This document shows, piece by piece, positions 1-10,518 of a stretch of DNA of 36,178 nucleotides; position 1 is the first letter of the stretch; every line of letters starts with the position of its first letter. The notes below the pieces were generated by a model. It ran no database searches. It saw nothing but the letters and a program-made list of their open reading frames with translations, and was not told the origin of the DNA. Origin of the DNA: a virus. Its lineage: Duplodnaviria > Heunggongvirae > Uroviricota > Caudoviricetes. The stretch is taken from IMG/VR virus record IMGVR_UViG_2695420793_000017; one strand, given 5' to 3'. Both the position numbers and the translations under genes were made by a program.

Positions 1-258
1 ATGCAAACCGTTATTTTTGGTCGTCCGGGTTGCCCTTACTGTGTGCGTGCAAAAGATCTGGCTGAGAAATTGAGCAATGAACGCGATGATTTTCAGTATC
101 AGTATGTAGATATTCGTGCGGAAGGGATCACTAAAGAAGATCTACAACAAAAGGCAGGTAAACCCGTAGAAACCGTGCCGCAGATTTTTGTCGATCAGCA
201 ACATATCGGCGGCTATACCGATTTTGCTGCATGGGTGAAAGAAAATCTGGACGCCTGA
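1..258 (+). CDS. grxA: glutaredoxin 1
   Basis: 85-aa ORF with the CPYC active-site motif; translation matches E. coli GrxA as recalled; window starts at its ATG. Confidence 0.9.
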   Translation: MQTVIFGRPGCPYCVRAKDLAEKLSNERDDFQYQYVDIRAEGITKEDLQQKAGKPVETVPQIFVDQQHIGGYTDFAAWVKENLDA

Positions 259-267
259 TCGTCTGAC

Positions 268-300
268 AAGCCCTCGCGTTGAGGGCTTTACTGATTTTTT
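268..300. terminator. putative bidirectional rho-independent terminator between grxA and ybjM
   Basis: stem AAGCCCTC (268-275) / GAGGGCTT (281-288), loop gcgtt, followed by T-run 295-300. Confidence 0.5.
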
Positions 301-665
301 CTGTGCTGTGGTTTAAACAAACTACTGATAAATAAGAAACACAGTGCCCCCAGCGCACACCAGAACACCGCGCTTAGTAACCATGCCAGCTCTTGCCAGA
401 ATGAGCGCGTCGGTGAAAAAAACAGCCGCATAATGAGCATCGAACAGGGTGCCGCCAGCATTGCGCCAAACAGAGGTTTCAGGACTTCTCTACGCTGTGA
501 AAAGAAGCTGGCGACTGCTCCAGGAAGAATGAAAAATAGCAAGCCGATTTCAGGATGCCCGGCAGCCCGAAAAGCGCCTTTCATGTGCGTCGCCAGAAAA
601 AGGCACACCACAATGAAGAGGACAAAACAGCAGATTGCCCCCGCCCAACGTTGTTTATGTTTCAC
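288..665 (-). CDS. ybjM: inner membrane protein YbjM
   Basis: 125-aa hydrophobic ORF; size and position next to grxA match E. coli ybjM as recalled. Confidence 0.8.
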   Translation of the reverse strand: MKHKQRWAGAICCFVLFIVVCLFLATHMKGAFRAAGHPEIGLLFFILPGAVASFFSQRREVLKPLFGAMLAAPCSMLIMRLFFSPTRSFWQELAWLLSAVFWCALGALCFLFISSLFKPQHRKNQ

Positions 666-934
666 TCGTTCCTCCTGACACTGCGTCTATCGAACACATT
701 TTTCGCCAGTGTGGCGTTCAGTAAGATAAAGCCGCTTCGCATTCCATGCTAATATAGGCCAACGCAATTCATATAGCCGTTGATACCTAATGTGATTACA
801 CTAGTAAAATATATTGTTACTTTACTATCGTTTAGGTGCGCTGAATGAATCTGCGCCCTGAATTCTGGTAAAAAACATTATCGTAAATTACCATTTCTTT
901 CAACAGCTTACTAGTAAACAAGAAGTTAGCCTCC

Positions 935-2620
935 GTGAATATAAACGTCGCCGAATTGTTAAATGGGAATTACATTCTGTTATTATTTGTGGTCCTCGCG
1001 CTTGGGCTATGTCTCGGAAAGTTACGACTTGGTTCGATCCAACTGGGTAATTCCATTGGCGTTTTAGTCGTATCGCTGTTATTAGGCCAACAACATTTCA
1101 GCATTAACACCGATGCGCTTAATCTTGGCTTTATGCTGTTTATTTTCTGCGTCGGGGTCGAAGCCGGACCGAACTTTTTTTCCATTTTTTTTCGCGATGG
1201 GAAAAATTACCTAATGTTAGCACTGGTGATGGTTGGCAGTGCGCTGGTGATCGCCTTAGGGTTAGGTAAGCTGTTTGGCTGGGATATTGGCCTGACGGCC
1301 GGTATGTTAGCAGGCTCTATGACGTCGACACCGGTTCTGGTCGGTGCTGGCGATACACTGCGTCATTCCGGCATGGAAAGCAGGCAGCTCTCACTGGCAC
1401 TGGATAATCTGAGCCTCGGGTATGCCTTAACCTATTTAATCGGTCTGGTGAGTTTGATTGTTGGTGCGCGTTACTTGCCGAAATTGCAGCATCAGGACTT
1501 ACAGACCAGCGCCCAGCAAATCGCCCGCGAACGTGGCCTGGACACTGATGCCAACCGTAAGGTTTATTTACCGGTGATCCGCGCCTATCGCGTCGGCCCG
1601 GAGCTGGTGGCCTGGACCGACGGCAAAAATCTGCGTGAACTGGGTATTTATCGACAAACCGGCTGCTACATTGAACGTATTCGACGTAACGGGATTCTGG
1701 CAAATCCAGACGGTGATGCCGTGCTACAAATGGGCGATGAAATAGCGTTGGTAGGCTATCCCGACGCCCATGCCCGACTCGATCCCAGCTTCCGTAACGG
1801 TAAAGAAGTTTTCGATCGTGACCTTCTCGACATGCGTATCGTCACTGAAGAAGTGGTCGTTAAAAACCATAACGCTGTAGGTAAACGTCTCGCACAACTG
1901 AAGTTGACCGATCACGGTTGCTTCCTTAACCGCGTCATTCGTAGCCAGATTGAGATGCCGATAGATGACAACGTCGTGCTTAACAAAGGTGACGTTTTAC
2001 AAGTCAGCGGTGATGCCCGTCGCGTAAAAACCATCGCCGATCGCATCGGCTTTATCTCGATTCACAGCCAGGTCACTGACCTGCTGGCATTTTGCGCCTT
2101 CTTTGTTATTGGGCTGATGATCGGGATGATCACCTTCCAGTTCAGCACATTCAGTTTCGGCATGGGGAACGCTGCCGGGTTGTTATTCGCCGGAATTATG
2201 CTGGGCTTTATGCGTGCTAACCACCCGACCTTCGGTTACATTCCGCAAGGTGCATTAAGCATGGTGAAAGAGTTCGGCTTGATGGTGTTTATGGCAGGCG
2301 TTGGTCTGAGCGCCGGTAGCGGTATTAATAACGGCCTGGGCGCGATTGGCGGTCAGATGTTGATTGCCGGATTAATTGTCAGTCTTGTGCCCGTGGTTAT
2401 CTGTTTCTTGTTCGGTGCTTATGTATTGCGAATGAACCGCGCACTGTTGTTCGGCGCAATGATGGGCGCACGCACCTGCGCGCCGGCAATGGAGATCATC
2501 AGTGATACAGCTCGCAGTAACATCCCTGCGCTGGGCTACGCGGGCACCTACGCAATCGCCAACGTCCTGCTGACGCTGGCAGGGACAATCATCGTCATGG
2601 TATGGCCAGGATTAGGATAA
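935..2620 (+). CDS. ybjL: putative transporter YbjL (AAE-family membrane protein)
   Basis: 561-aa polytopic membrane ORF; length and synteny with ybjM/grxA match E. coli ybjL. Confidence 0.85.
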
Positions 2621-2732
2621 AACTGAAGTTGCCCTGAAAATGAAATTTTTTTGCACAACCGCAGAACTTTTCCGCAGGGCATCAGTCTTAATTAGTGCCA
2701 CTGCTTTTCTTTGATGTCCCCATTTTGTGGAG

Positions 2733-2776
2733 CCCATCAACCCCGCCATTTCGGTTCAAGGTTGATGGGTTTTTTG
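2733..2776 (+). terminator. rho-independent terminator downstream of ybjL
   Basis: stem CCCATCAACC (2733-2742) / GGTTGATGGG (2760-2769) followed by TTTTTT (2770-2775). Confidence 0.5.
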
Positions 2777-2834
2777 TTGCCTGAAATTTATGCTGTTTAA
2801 AATCATGATGTTAGAAGCACTGTTTTTTAACGAT

Positions 2835-2855
2835 GGCGACAAAATGGCGGCAGCG
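2835..2855. repeat. putative attR core (GGCGACAAAATGGCGGCAGCG)
   Basis: 20/21 identical to 36140-36160 inside the 3' end of int; directly abuts the ogr stop codon. Confidence 0.5.
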
Positions 2856-3074
2856 TCAAAGAGAGAGCGCCACCTGCCCTGATTTCATTGGATGCGGCTG
2901 AACCGGATTTGACTCTTTTGGCGTTGCAATCGAACGAACAAAAGTTTCATGGGTAACAAAAGTATGGCTGCAGTTAATGTTCTGGCACTGGTTGTAACGC
3001 TCTTTGGTCAATGAAGATACCTGAAAACTGCTGCGAGTATGGGCGGCACTTCCACACAGTGGGCAAATCATCAT
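2856..3074 (-). CDS. ogr: late gene transcriptional activator Ogr (zinc finger)
   Basis: CPLCG...CQNINC zinc-finger pattern; aligns with P2 Ogr as recalled; start placed at the second Met because the listed ORF begins at a GTG. Confidence 0.8.
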   Translation of the reverse strand: MMICPLCGSAAHTRSSFQVSSLTKERYNQCQNINCSHTFVTHETFVRSIATPKESNPVQPHPMKSGQVALSL

Positions 3075-3164
3075 TTTTCGAGTTCTCCCCATTTTTGCTA
3101 AATTCACAACAATGATACCGCATTATTCCATTTTGCAAACTTAAAAGTTCTCCATTGCGAAGAA

Positions 3165-4265
3165 TCATTCCATTTCGAAATCATCAATCCTCACTTCAAG
3201 CTCCAGACTGGTCGTAAAACCGTTATCCGGGCTGACGGTATGCGTCAGAGTCGTAATGGTCCATTCCGCATCATCTATCGGCTGTTTAAAGCCACTGACT
3301 TTCACTGGCATTTCCGTGTAGAGATCTGCCCGCCCTTCCGCCAGTTGTAGCGAGAATGACGCAACGCCGCGTTGCAGGCGTTCCCACTGCATTTTCGCTG
3401 CCCGTTCGGCGTTACTCCGATTAGCATAGGTGCGATTAAGTACCAGCACGTTTTCATCCGTACCCACCAGGTAATCGCCCTGCTTCGCTTCCGGCTCTTT
3501 CTTCTGCTTCTTAGTCCTGCGCTTACGCTTCACCGCGGTGCTTTCTTTCTTCGCGGGTTCGCGGGTATGCAACCAGCTGGCAATTACGCCCGTGTAAGCT
3601 CCGCGATCTGCCAGGGTAAAGCGGTGACTGTCGCCGTCCTTACGTGTGATAGTGATAACCGGTAGTGGTTTACCACTGGCGCTTTTACCCTGCCCCTGTC
3701 GGATGAATAACAGATTGCCATTTTTCACCGACGCAATAGCACCGTACTGGCGCGCCAGCCGCATCAGAAAACTGCCGTCACTCTCATTGGTCTGGTCTAT
3801 ATGTTCCACGGGTTTATCTGACAGGTCTTTACCCAATGCCATCTTCAGTTTGTGCCGCGCAGCTATTTCCTTCACCACTTCCCCAACGGTGGTCTTGTGC
3901 CACGACTTTTCACGGCGGGTATTCAGTGTTTCACGAAAATCAGCACTTCGCGCCCGGATAGTCAGGCGATCCGGTGCGCCAGTGTGTTCAATCTCGTCCA
4001 CCGTGAATGCCCCTTTCGGGAAAAGCAGCTGCCCCTTCCAGCCCAGCGCCAGCGTAATGACCGCACCACGGCGCGGCAGCACGATTTTTCCATCGGCGTC
4101 GTCCAGTTCCAGATCAAGCTGGTCCGCTTCAAAGCCCCGGTTATCCGTCAGCGTAAGCCCCATCAGGCGGTTGTCCAGCACAGTAGTGATATCCCTGCCT
4201 TCAATACTGATGCTGAATGCCGGAGTTTTGTTGCCTTTGTTAAGCAGTTCAGAGCTGAAATTCAC
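3165..4265 (-). CDS. D: tail protein D (late control D)
   Basis: 366-aa ORF at the P2 gpD position; translation resembles the gpD family. Confidence 0.8.
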   Translation of the reverse strand: MNFSSELLNKGNKTPAFSISIEGRDITTVLDNRLMGLTLTDNRGFEADQLDLELDDADGKIVLPRRGAVITLALGWKGQLLFPKGAFTVDEIEHTGAPDRLTIRARSADFRETLNTRREKSWHKTTVGEVVKEIAARHKLKMALGKDLSDKPVEHIDQTNESDGSFLMRLARQYGAIASVKNGNLLFIRQGQGKSASGKPLPVITITRKDGDSHRFTLADRGAYTGVIASWLHTREPAKKESTAVKRKRRTKKQKKEPEAKQGDYLVGTDENVLVLNRTYANRSNAERAAKMQWERLQRGVASFSLQLAEGRADLYTEMPVKVSGFKQPIDDAEWTITTLTHTVSPDNGFTTSLELEVRIDDFEME

Positions 4266-4747
4266 GACAGCAGCCCTCCCACCGTTTTACTGATATCGCT
4301 TAAGGCAGACGTTGCCGTGTCCTGCAGATTATTCAGTTGAGTACTGAGATCACCGAACATATCGGACAGGGATTCATCCACCCGTTTTAGCGAAAGGGTG
4401 AACTCAATCCTGCGCGGCATACCGTCGCGGAAAAACTCCGTTTTAGTCTGATTCAGTCCCTCAATCACATACATGCCATAAATCGTGCCGCTGCCTTCAA
4501 TCAGGGGCCATGCTTTCCCCTGTTCTGCCATCTGCTCCAGTGCCAGCAACGACAGCCTGCCACCTGTTATCTCCGGCATAAGAACACCGGAAAGCGTCAG
4601 CATGTCGTTGTCCGGTCCCAGAAACTGCGTGGACGGACGTCGGTTTACCCGGCTGTTTGCCGCATGTCGCCAGCTGCGCTGATACTGCAGCTCCTGATAC
4701 GGCACGGTGCGCAGCATAAACACGTACAATCCCAGCACCATCATCAT
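4262..4747 (-). CDS. U: tail protein U
   Basis: 161-aa ORF; start codon overlaps the gpT stop; P2 gpU position and size. Confidence 0.8.
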   Translation of the reverse strand: MMMVLGLYVFMLRTVPYQELQYQRSWRHAANSRVNRRPSTQFLGPDNDMLTLSGVLMPEITGGRLSLLALEQMAEQGKAWPLIEGSGTIYGMYVIEGLNQTKTEFFRDGMPRRIEFTLSLKRVDESLSDMFGDLSTQLNNLQDTATSALSDISKTVGGLLS

Positions 4748-7700
4748 GCGTCGTATCCCCCCTGATCGCTGTAGTTACTCCTGGCTTTTGCCTTCAGCCT
4801 GCGTTCACGTTCATCAAGCTGGCGGGCCACCTCCCGCGCAATATCCTGCGCACTTTGTCCTGGCTGCGTCTGGATGATGATCTGCGTCGGTGCCTCAATC
4901 CTGTAAACAGGCGGCACAGTGGCTGCGCGACTCACAATTGCTTCTCCACCTTTCGTGGGAAGTGCCAAAGGGTGCAACGGTGGAAGCTCTGCTGGCGCGG
5001 CAGCAACGCCCATCATTCCGGCAACAACGGCAGCCAGTGCAGCTGTATTTCTCCGGCTGGTCACATTTGCCGGGCCGTTAACAATTTCCGGCCCGTTTTC
5101 ACCGACGATGCCAAACTGCCCGCGCGGGATATACCCGCCGCTGTCATACATCCCCGCAAAGCCATATCCCCATGATGGAAAACCACCCGATGGCATCATC
5201 ACTTTACCGTCTGCATTCACCGTCGCAGGTTGCTGACGCGTCACGCTTTCCGGCAGTTTTGCCTTTGCGGCCTCTTTACTGACAATGCCGAGTTTATCCA
5301 GCAACCAGGAAACGCCGGATTTCAGGGAGTCCAGCGGATGCATGACCATATTCAGCCCTTCCGCCAGTGCCTCCCCGAATCGCCGCCCCATTGCCGCTGC
5401 ACTCTGCAGTTCGGCAGAGGTCGACTTAACGGGCGTCAGCAGATCAGTAAACCAGCCCCACAGCGCCTGTACTTTGTCGCCAATCCACTGAAACACAGGC
5501 TTAAGTGGTTCGAATGCAGCACTGATGGGAGCTGCCGCCGCTTTGAATCCTTCAACCACGCCACCGAGAAATGCGGTGATGGGTTGCCAGTATTTCCAGA
5601 CAACCAGCGCCACGCCCGCCAGTGCAGTAACCACAAGACCTATCGGACTGAGCAGAGCACCTAACAGACCAGATATGGCATACAGGGCAACGCGCAGCAT
5701 CGCCAGCGGACCAGATGCAAGCACACGAAGCACCGCGCCTGCGGCAGCCAGTCCACCGCGCAGTACCGCCAGAGGATTCATAAACATCACAGCAACAGCA
5801 CGTAAAGCGGATAATCCAGACCGCAATAGTGCAACCGGCGCACCTGCTACAGTTTTCAGGACATTTCCCGTCAGTGATGCCGTACGGCGCAAAGACGACA
5901 ACGGCGCAGTAAGTAAACCCGCTGCGTTACCCGATGAAGCAAGCCCGCGTCGCAGCACTGCCAGTGGAGCGCCAGCCAGCCAGGACAACGCGCTGCTGGT
6001 TCGTGTTACTGCTGCCGTAACGGAAGGTAACGTTTTGATGCCCAGCACAGAGAATCCCAGACGGATGACTGCCAGCGGCCCCAGCACTGCAGCCAGCGCC
6101 ACAGCCAAGATGCCGAGGCCTACGGTAACCGCAGCCACAATAGCGGCTACTTTCATCAGTGTGCCCGTCAGTTCCGGGTTAGCTTCCACCCAGCGACGCA
6201 ACGCCCCCGTGACGCTTTTCACCGTGTACAGAATATCCATCAGCGGCTGGCGCAGCGTTTCGCCCAGGCTGCTGAAGGTGTTCTGCGCTCCGGTTTTGAC
6301 CAGCAACCACTGAGCAGAAAGTGAATCCTTGTTAATGTCGGATTCTTTCTGCATGGAGCCGAGCGCATCATTGCCCGCTGTCAGTTTTAACTGACGCTGC
6401 AGTTCCGGCAGGTTGTTTGCCAGTTTCGCCGCGTCATCGCCAAACTCTTTACCAAACAACATAGTCATGGCAGACAGGCGCTTGTCCTGCGGCAGCGCGT
6501 TTACCTTCTCCAGCACGCGCTGGATGGTTCCCATCGCATCCTTCGTCATCTGCTTTTCAATCACTTCAGGATTGAGTTTCAGCAGATTCATCCCTTCAAA
6601 GAAACTCTTGCTTTGCATGGTGGCAATGGACAATTCACGCACCATCGCGTTTGCTGCACTGGCTGCAACCTCCGGCGCAGCACCCAGAGTCAGGAAGGTG
6701 GAACCCAGCGCCGCCGCTTTACGATAATCGAGACGGTCAGCCACACCGCCCAGACGTTGCATCACATCGATGATGTCTGCCCCTTTCGACATTGCGTTAT
6801 CATCCAGATAGTTCAGCGCATCACCGAGCTGTTCAATATTGCGGGTAGGTATTTTGTAGAGCTGGGCGATTTTCCCCAGACTTTCTGACAGTTCATCCGC
6901 TGGCAGCTCAAAGGCTGTTGCCGCCTTCGCCGCCGTACTGGCGAAGGCCAGCAGGTCACGTTTCTGGTCTTCCCAGCTGTCGTCAGGATTTGCGACGTTC
7001 ATGCGCGCACCACCTTCAACCAGTGCAGCGAAGTCCACCGCACCGTTTTCCATCGGCAACTGTTCGCTGGCAGCTTTGATGGCATCCTGCATTTCATAAA
7101 AACGTGCAGTGCGGTTGCCATTATCGTCACGCAGACCATTGACCTGCTTTGCCACACCTTTCATGGCATCTTCCATGCTGGTATAGCTTTTTACTGCCGC
7201 CATCACTGGCGTCCCCATTGCCAGCCCTGCAGCCGTGGTGGTGGCTCCGGCTCCTGCGATGCGATCGCGCACCTCCAGCGAACGGGCATAACTGGCACGC
7301 GCTGCATTCATCCTGCGCTGAGCTTCCCCCAGTCGCTTCAGCCGCGCCTCCTGTTTCGACAGTTCCTGGTTATAACGTGATGTTTCACGGGCTAAACGGG
7401 CAGTTGCTCCCGCATCGTCTTTCGCAGAAATTCCCGCCCGGTACAGTTCAGCACGCACAAGCGCCGTCTGCTGCTGCAGCTTTTTCTGGCGTTCTTCCAG
7501 GCGCTGAACAGCCAGCCGTTGACGGCCCAGAGCAACAACCTGACGTTGCGAAGGCGGCCCCATCGCTCCCAGTTCCTGACTGAGCAAATTTGCACGCTGG
7601 CGGGCATAGTTCAGCCTGTCGCCTAATTTCTGATTTTCTGCCTGCAGCTTTCGGAAGCTGTCCAGACTGCTCCCGGCCTGATCAAGCTGCTTTATTGCAT

Positions 7701-7821
7701 CGCGGGATTTTTTGACAGCAGCAGCCAGTTCTCTTGAACTGGCCTGCGCAGATCGAAATGGGCGGGTGAGCTTGTCAACCGCATTAAGAATGACCTGCAG
7801 ACGCAGGTTGTTATCACTCAT
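4744..7821 (-). CDS. T: tail tape measure protein T
   Basis: 1025-aa Ala/Leu-rich ORF with a coiled-coil N-terminus, immediately downstream of E/E'. Confidence 0.85.
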   Translation of the reverse strand: MSDNNLRLQVILNAVDKLTRPFRSAQASSRELAAAVKKSRDAIKQLDQAGSSLDSFRKLQAENQKLGDRLNYARQRANLLSQELGAMGPPSQRQVVALGRQRLAVQRLEERQKKLQQQTALVRAELYRAGISAKDDAGATARLARETSRYNQELSKQEARLKRLGEAQRRMNAARASYARSLEVRDRIAGAGATTTAAGLAMGTPVMAAVKSYTSMEDAMKGVAKQVNGLRDDNGNRTARFYEMQDAIKAASEQLPMENGAVDFAALVEGGARMNVANPDDSWEDQKRDLLAFASTAAKAATAFELPADELSESLGKIAQLYKIPTRNIEQLGDALNYLDDNAMSKGADIIDVMQRLGGVADRLDYRKAAALGSTFLTLGAAPEVAASAANAMVRELSIATMQSKSFFEGMNLLKLNPEVIEKQMTKDAMGTIQRVLEKVNALPQDKRLSAMTMLFGKEFGDDAAKLANNLPELQRQLKLTAGNDALGSMQKESDINKDSLSAQWLLVKTGAQNTFSSLGETLRQPLMDILYTVKSVTGALRRWVEANPELTGTLMKVAAIVAAVTVGLGILAVALAAVLGPLAVIRLGFSVLGIKTLPSVTAAVTRTSSALSWLAGAPLAVLRRGLASSGNAAGLLTAPLSSLRRTASLTGNVLKTVAGAPVALLRSGLSALRAVAVMFMNPLAVLRGGLAAAGAVLRVLASGPLAMLRVALYAISGLLGALLSPIGLVVTALAGVALVVWKYWQPITAFLGGVVEGFKAAAAPISAAFEPLKPVFQWIGDKVQALWGWFTDLLTPVKSTSAELQSAAAMGRRFGEALAEGLNMVMHPLDSLKSGVSWLLDKLGIVSKEAAKAKLPESVTRQQPATVNADGKVMMPSGGFPSWGYGFAGMYDSGGYIPRGQFGIVGENGPEIVNGPANVTSRRNTAALAAVVAGMMGVAAAPAELPPLHPLALPTKGGEAIVSRAATVPPVYRIEAPTQIIIQTQPGQSAQDIAREVARQLDERERRLKAKARSNYSDQGGYDA

Positions 7822-8250
7822 CGTTGGCCCCGCTTCTCTGAATCGCTTTATACCGCCATTCCAGCACTTCGGTCAGCGGCATAACGTCAGTAACGGATGG
7901 CGGCCAGTGAAAAATGGTGGCGATATCTGCCACCAGATCGTCAACCGTCAGGCTGTCGGTAAACCGGCAAGCACCGACTTCTTCAACAAAAAAGTGACAA
8001 CCTCAACCGACATGGCAGTGAGATCTGCCGGGTCCATCTCTGCAATTTCCTGTGCAGTCAGTGCCGGGCTGGAGATGCGGGGGATCACGGTCATCATCGC
8101 GTTCACATCCATATCCATAATCGCCTGCAGGCGTGTACCGCGCAGCGCACCGGAATGCGGTTTGCGCAGCACAATTTCGGTGATTTCTGTTTTACCACGC
8201 TTGATAGGGGTATCCAGTTGAATGGTCTTTTCAGTCTGCTTATCGCTCAT
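7814..8250 (-). CDS. tail assembly chaperone E+E', predicted -1 frameshift product (about 145 aa)
   Basis: heptamer T_TTT_TTG at 7993-7987 (minus strand) in the E frame; the -1 frame stays open for 57 codons to a TGA at 7816-7814 that overlaps the gpT ATG. Confidence 0.7.
7948..8250 (-). CDS. E: tail assembly chaperone E
   Basis: 100-aa ORF between FII and T; contains the T_TTT_TTG slippery heptamer near its 3' end. Confidence 0.8.
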   Translation of the reverse strand: MSDKQTEKTIQLDTPIKRGKTEITEIVLRKPHSGALRGTRLQAIMDMDVNAMMTVIPRISSPALTAQEIAEMDPADLTAMSVEVVTFLLKKSVLAGLPTA

Positions 8251-8304
8251 TTTGCTGTCCTGTAAATTAGGTTCTGGCGCGGTATTCCGCGCCGTTCAGA
8301 TACA

Positions 8305-8820
8305 TCAGAGGCCGAGGGCGTTACGGTGTGCTTCCATCAGGTCCACACCGTCCACGATTTCCACCATGTTGATGAGGTCCACTTCATAGAGCACCTCACC
8401 ATTGATTGTCAGCTTCGCGTAGCTGTTAGTGCTGGTCACTTTGGTGGTGTTGCTTTCGCCCGTCTTCCACTCACCGGAATCCACTTCTTTGTGACGCCCA
8501 CGCACTACAAGCTCTACGGCCTGCACTTCTCCGGTATCGTCACGCTGGATAGAGCCGGTAAAGCGCAACTGGATGCCATCCACAGTGGCTTTGCCCATCT
8601 GCTTAAACAGCAGCAGTTCAGTACCACCAATGGAAAATTCTGTGTCCAGAGCACTGTCATCAAGTCCCAGATCCACATCCACTGCACCCGGCATTCCGCC
8701 GCCGCGATACTTCTCATATTTGCGGGTGAATTTCGGCAGTGTCAGCGACTCAACGATCCCCTGCCAGTTGTTCCCGTCGTTAAACAGGTTCAGATGTTTT
8801 AATTTGCGTGGTAAAGCCAT
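8305..8820 (-). CDS. FII: tail tube protein FII
   Basis: 171-aa ORF at the gpFII position downstream of the sheath gene. Confidence 0.8.
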   Translation of the reverse strand: MALPRKLKHLNLFNDGNNWQGIVESLTLPKFTRKYEKYRGGGMPGAVDVDLGLDDSALDTEFSIGGTELLLFKQMGKATVDGIQLRFTGSIQRDDTGEVQAVELVVRGRHKEVDSGEWKTGESNTTKVTSTNSYAKLTINGEVLYEVDLINMVEIVDGVDLMEAHRNALGL

Positions 8821-8829
8821 GTTGTCCCC

Positions 8830-10002
8830 TTACGCGCTGACCTGGCTGGCAAAATTCACCAGGTACTGATCGGTGATGCGCTGACGCAGCATCAGGTTTT
8901 CAAGTGGCGGCACTGGCGTGTAGTCGTAGTCAATGGTGAGCTTCCCGGCTTTCAGCGTGTCTTTATCGTTCACCGACTCATCCAGCCAGCAATCACCACC
9001 AATGAGATACCCCTGACTGACCAGGCTGCGCATTTTGGCGCGGATACCTTCGATAATGTCGCGGGCCAGCGACGGGTTCAGCGGTTTGTCCACTGCCCAC
9101 ATGTGCGCTTCTGCCATTGTGTCCGTCAGCACCTGCGCCGTGCGGGTGTAGTTTTCGAAGGCAAAGAGCGGGTCATCACTCAGGCAGCGGGAACCCCAGA
9201 AGCGGAAACCGTCTTTACGCACAAGCGTGGTGACGTCGTTCTGGTTCAGCAGACCTGCATCGGTTGCCGGGTCCTGCAGATCCCAGAACACATCTGCAGA
9301 AATTCCGGTGACACCGTTCACGCCCACGTTGGACAGGCTTTTGTGCCATCCGGTCTGCTCATCAATTTTGGCACGCAGACCAAGCGCACGGGCGGTGGCA
9401 TATGCCGTTGCTTCGGCATTCAGCACCGTGTCCCAGCCAGTAAAGTCGGGCCAGATCAGCATTCCTTCGCGCTGGCTGAAGTTTTCACGGTAAGTGATCG
9501 CCTCCTGCACCGTCTTGCAGCCATACGCTGACAGGTAAGCAAACCCACGCAGGCTTTGCGCCACACTCAGCAACTCAGTAGCAACGGCTTTGTTATCGTG
9601 ACCTGGCACGCCGAGAATGCGCGGTTTAACGCCGAGCTGTGTCTGGGCAGATAACAGGGCTTTCATGCCTGTTTTTTTACCTTCAGCAGTCACTGCGCCG
9701 ATGATATTGGTCGTGGTTTCTTCTTCCGTTTCACCCTGCGGCACACGCACAACAACGGTCACGGGTTTTGCCTGGTCAGCGATGGCATCCAGCGAACGGG
9801 CCAGCGTGCCGGACTCACCCGCTTTACCGCTGGCAGTCAGCACATCAGTGATCAGCACGGGTTTATTAAGAGGAAACATTTTTGCATCGGCATCATCGCC
9901 CGTGCAGACCATACCCACGATGGCGGTGCTCACCGTGGTAATGGATCGGGTGCCTTCGTTAACTTCAACAACGCGCACCCCGTGGTGGTAATCCTGAGCC
10001 AT
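8830..10002 (-). CDS. FI: tail sheath protein FI
   Basis: 390-aa ORF; AGGAGG 8 nt upstream of the ATG; gpFI family. Confidence 0.85.
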   Translation of the reverse strand: MAQDYHHGVRVVEVNEGTRSITTVSTAIVGMVCTGDDADAKMFPLNKPVLITDVLTASGKAGESGTLARSLDAIADQAKPVTVVVRVPQGETEEETTTNIIGAVTAEGKKTGMKALLSAQTQLGVKPRILGVPGHDNKAVATELLSVAQSLRGFAYLSAYGCKTVQEAITYRENFSQREGMLIWPDFTGWDTVLNAEATAYATARALGLRAKIDEQTGWHKSLSNVGVNGVTGISADVFWDLQDPATDAGLLNQNDVTTLVRKDGFRFWGSRCLSDDPLFAFENYTRTAQVLTDTMAEAHMWAVDKPLNPSLARDIIEGIRAKMRSLVSQGYLIGGDCWLDESVNDKDTLKAGKLTIDYDYTPVPPLENLMLRQRITDQYLVNFASQVSA

Positions 10003-10078
10003 AGTGGCGAACCTCCTGATTGGATTAGGCTTCGCCCTATGTTGAAGTGATTGTGCCTGACAAACAGCTAAGCGCAGT

Positions 10079-10096
10079 TGTACCGTTATTCACACA
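10079..10096 (-). promoter_or_regulatory. putative Ogr-dependent late promoter element (TGT-N12-ACA dyad) upstream of FI
   Basis: TGTaccgttattcacACA, centred about 85 nt upstream of the FI ATG; P2 late promoters carry this dyad (recalled). Confidence 0.5.
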
Positions 10097-10136
10097 AAAT
10101 AACGGTATTTGTCCGCTTGCAGGAAAAATCTCTGCA

Positions 10137-10162
10137 TTTTTATAAACGTTGGTTTAGGAGAT
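10137..10162. promoter_or_regulatory. putative serine-invertase crossover site (gix/hix-like), left
   Basis: TTTTTATAAACG-TT-GGTTTAGGAGAT resembles the hix/gix 12-2-12 sites as recalled; its reverse complement shares a 10/12 half-site and the core with 11683-11708. Confidence 0.45.
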
Positions 10163-10515
10163 GCGGCAAAAAAAATGTTGGCACTGGTTCCGGACAGATT
10201 CCGGACATGTCTTCATTTGGTAATCAGCGAGCCGATTCGGGGTATCAATACCTGCCAGGCGGGTTAATTCTTCAATGGGCAATAGCCAAAACGAAAACAT
10301 CCCCAGAAACAGTATCATTCCCGATTGCGTTTCCAACCAGGGCGCTATGTGTTGTTGCAACAGACCAGAGTGTTGGGGGTACAGGTCAAGGTTTTGCGTT
10401 AACCGCCCAGAATTTTACGAGAACTAATTTCCAGCTACGCGCTTATCAGACAGGAACCAACGCTGAATCATCCATCGGCGCTGGCGGGTTTAACTATTTT
10501 GCTGTGGGGTATTAA
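10151..10515 (+). pseudogene. alternative tail-fibre C-terminal cassette, silent in this orientation and out of frame at an A8 tract
   Basis: the frame ending ...PGGLILQW...FPIAFP...FAVGY is homologous to the C-terminus of H; it has no in-frame 5' continuation unless a -1 shift occurs at A8 (10168-10175). Confidence 0.55.
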
Positions 10516-10518
10516 TAA

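Noticed and set aside
3646-4340. 215-aa and 162-aa plus-strand ORFs
   Set aside because: Antisense to tail genes D and U, which have clear family support; Ser/Pro/Arg-rich junk translations.
5525-6313. 262-aa plus-strand ORF, and several other plus-strand ORFs between 4855 and 7583
   Set aside because: They lie antisense inside the tape-measure gene T; the translations are Ala/Pro/Arg/Ser-rich low-complexity typical of antisense frames of GC-rich coding DNA, with no start signals.
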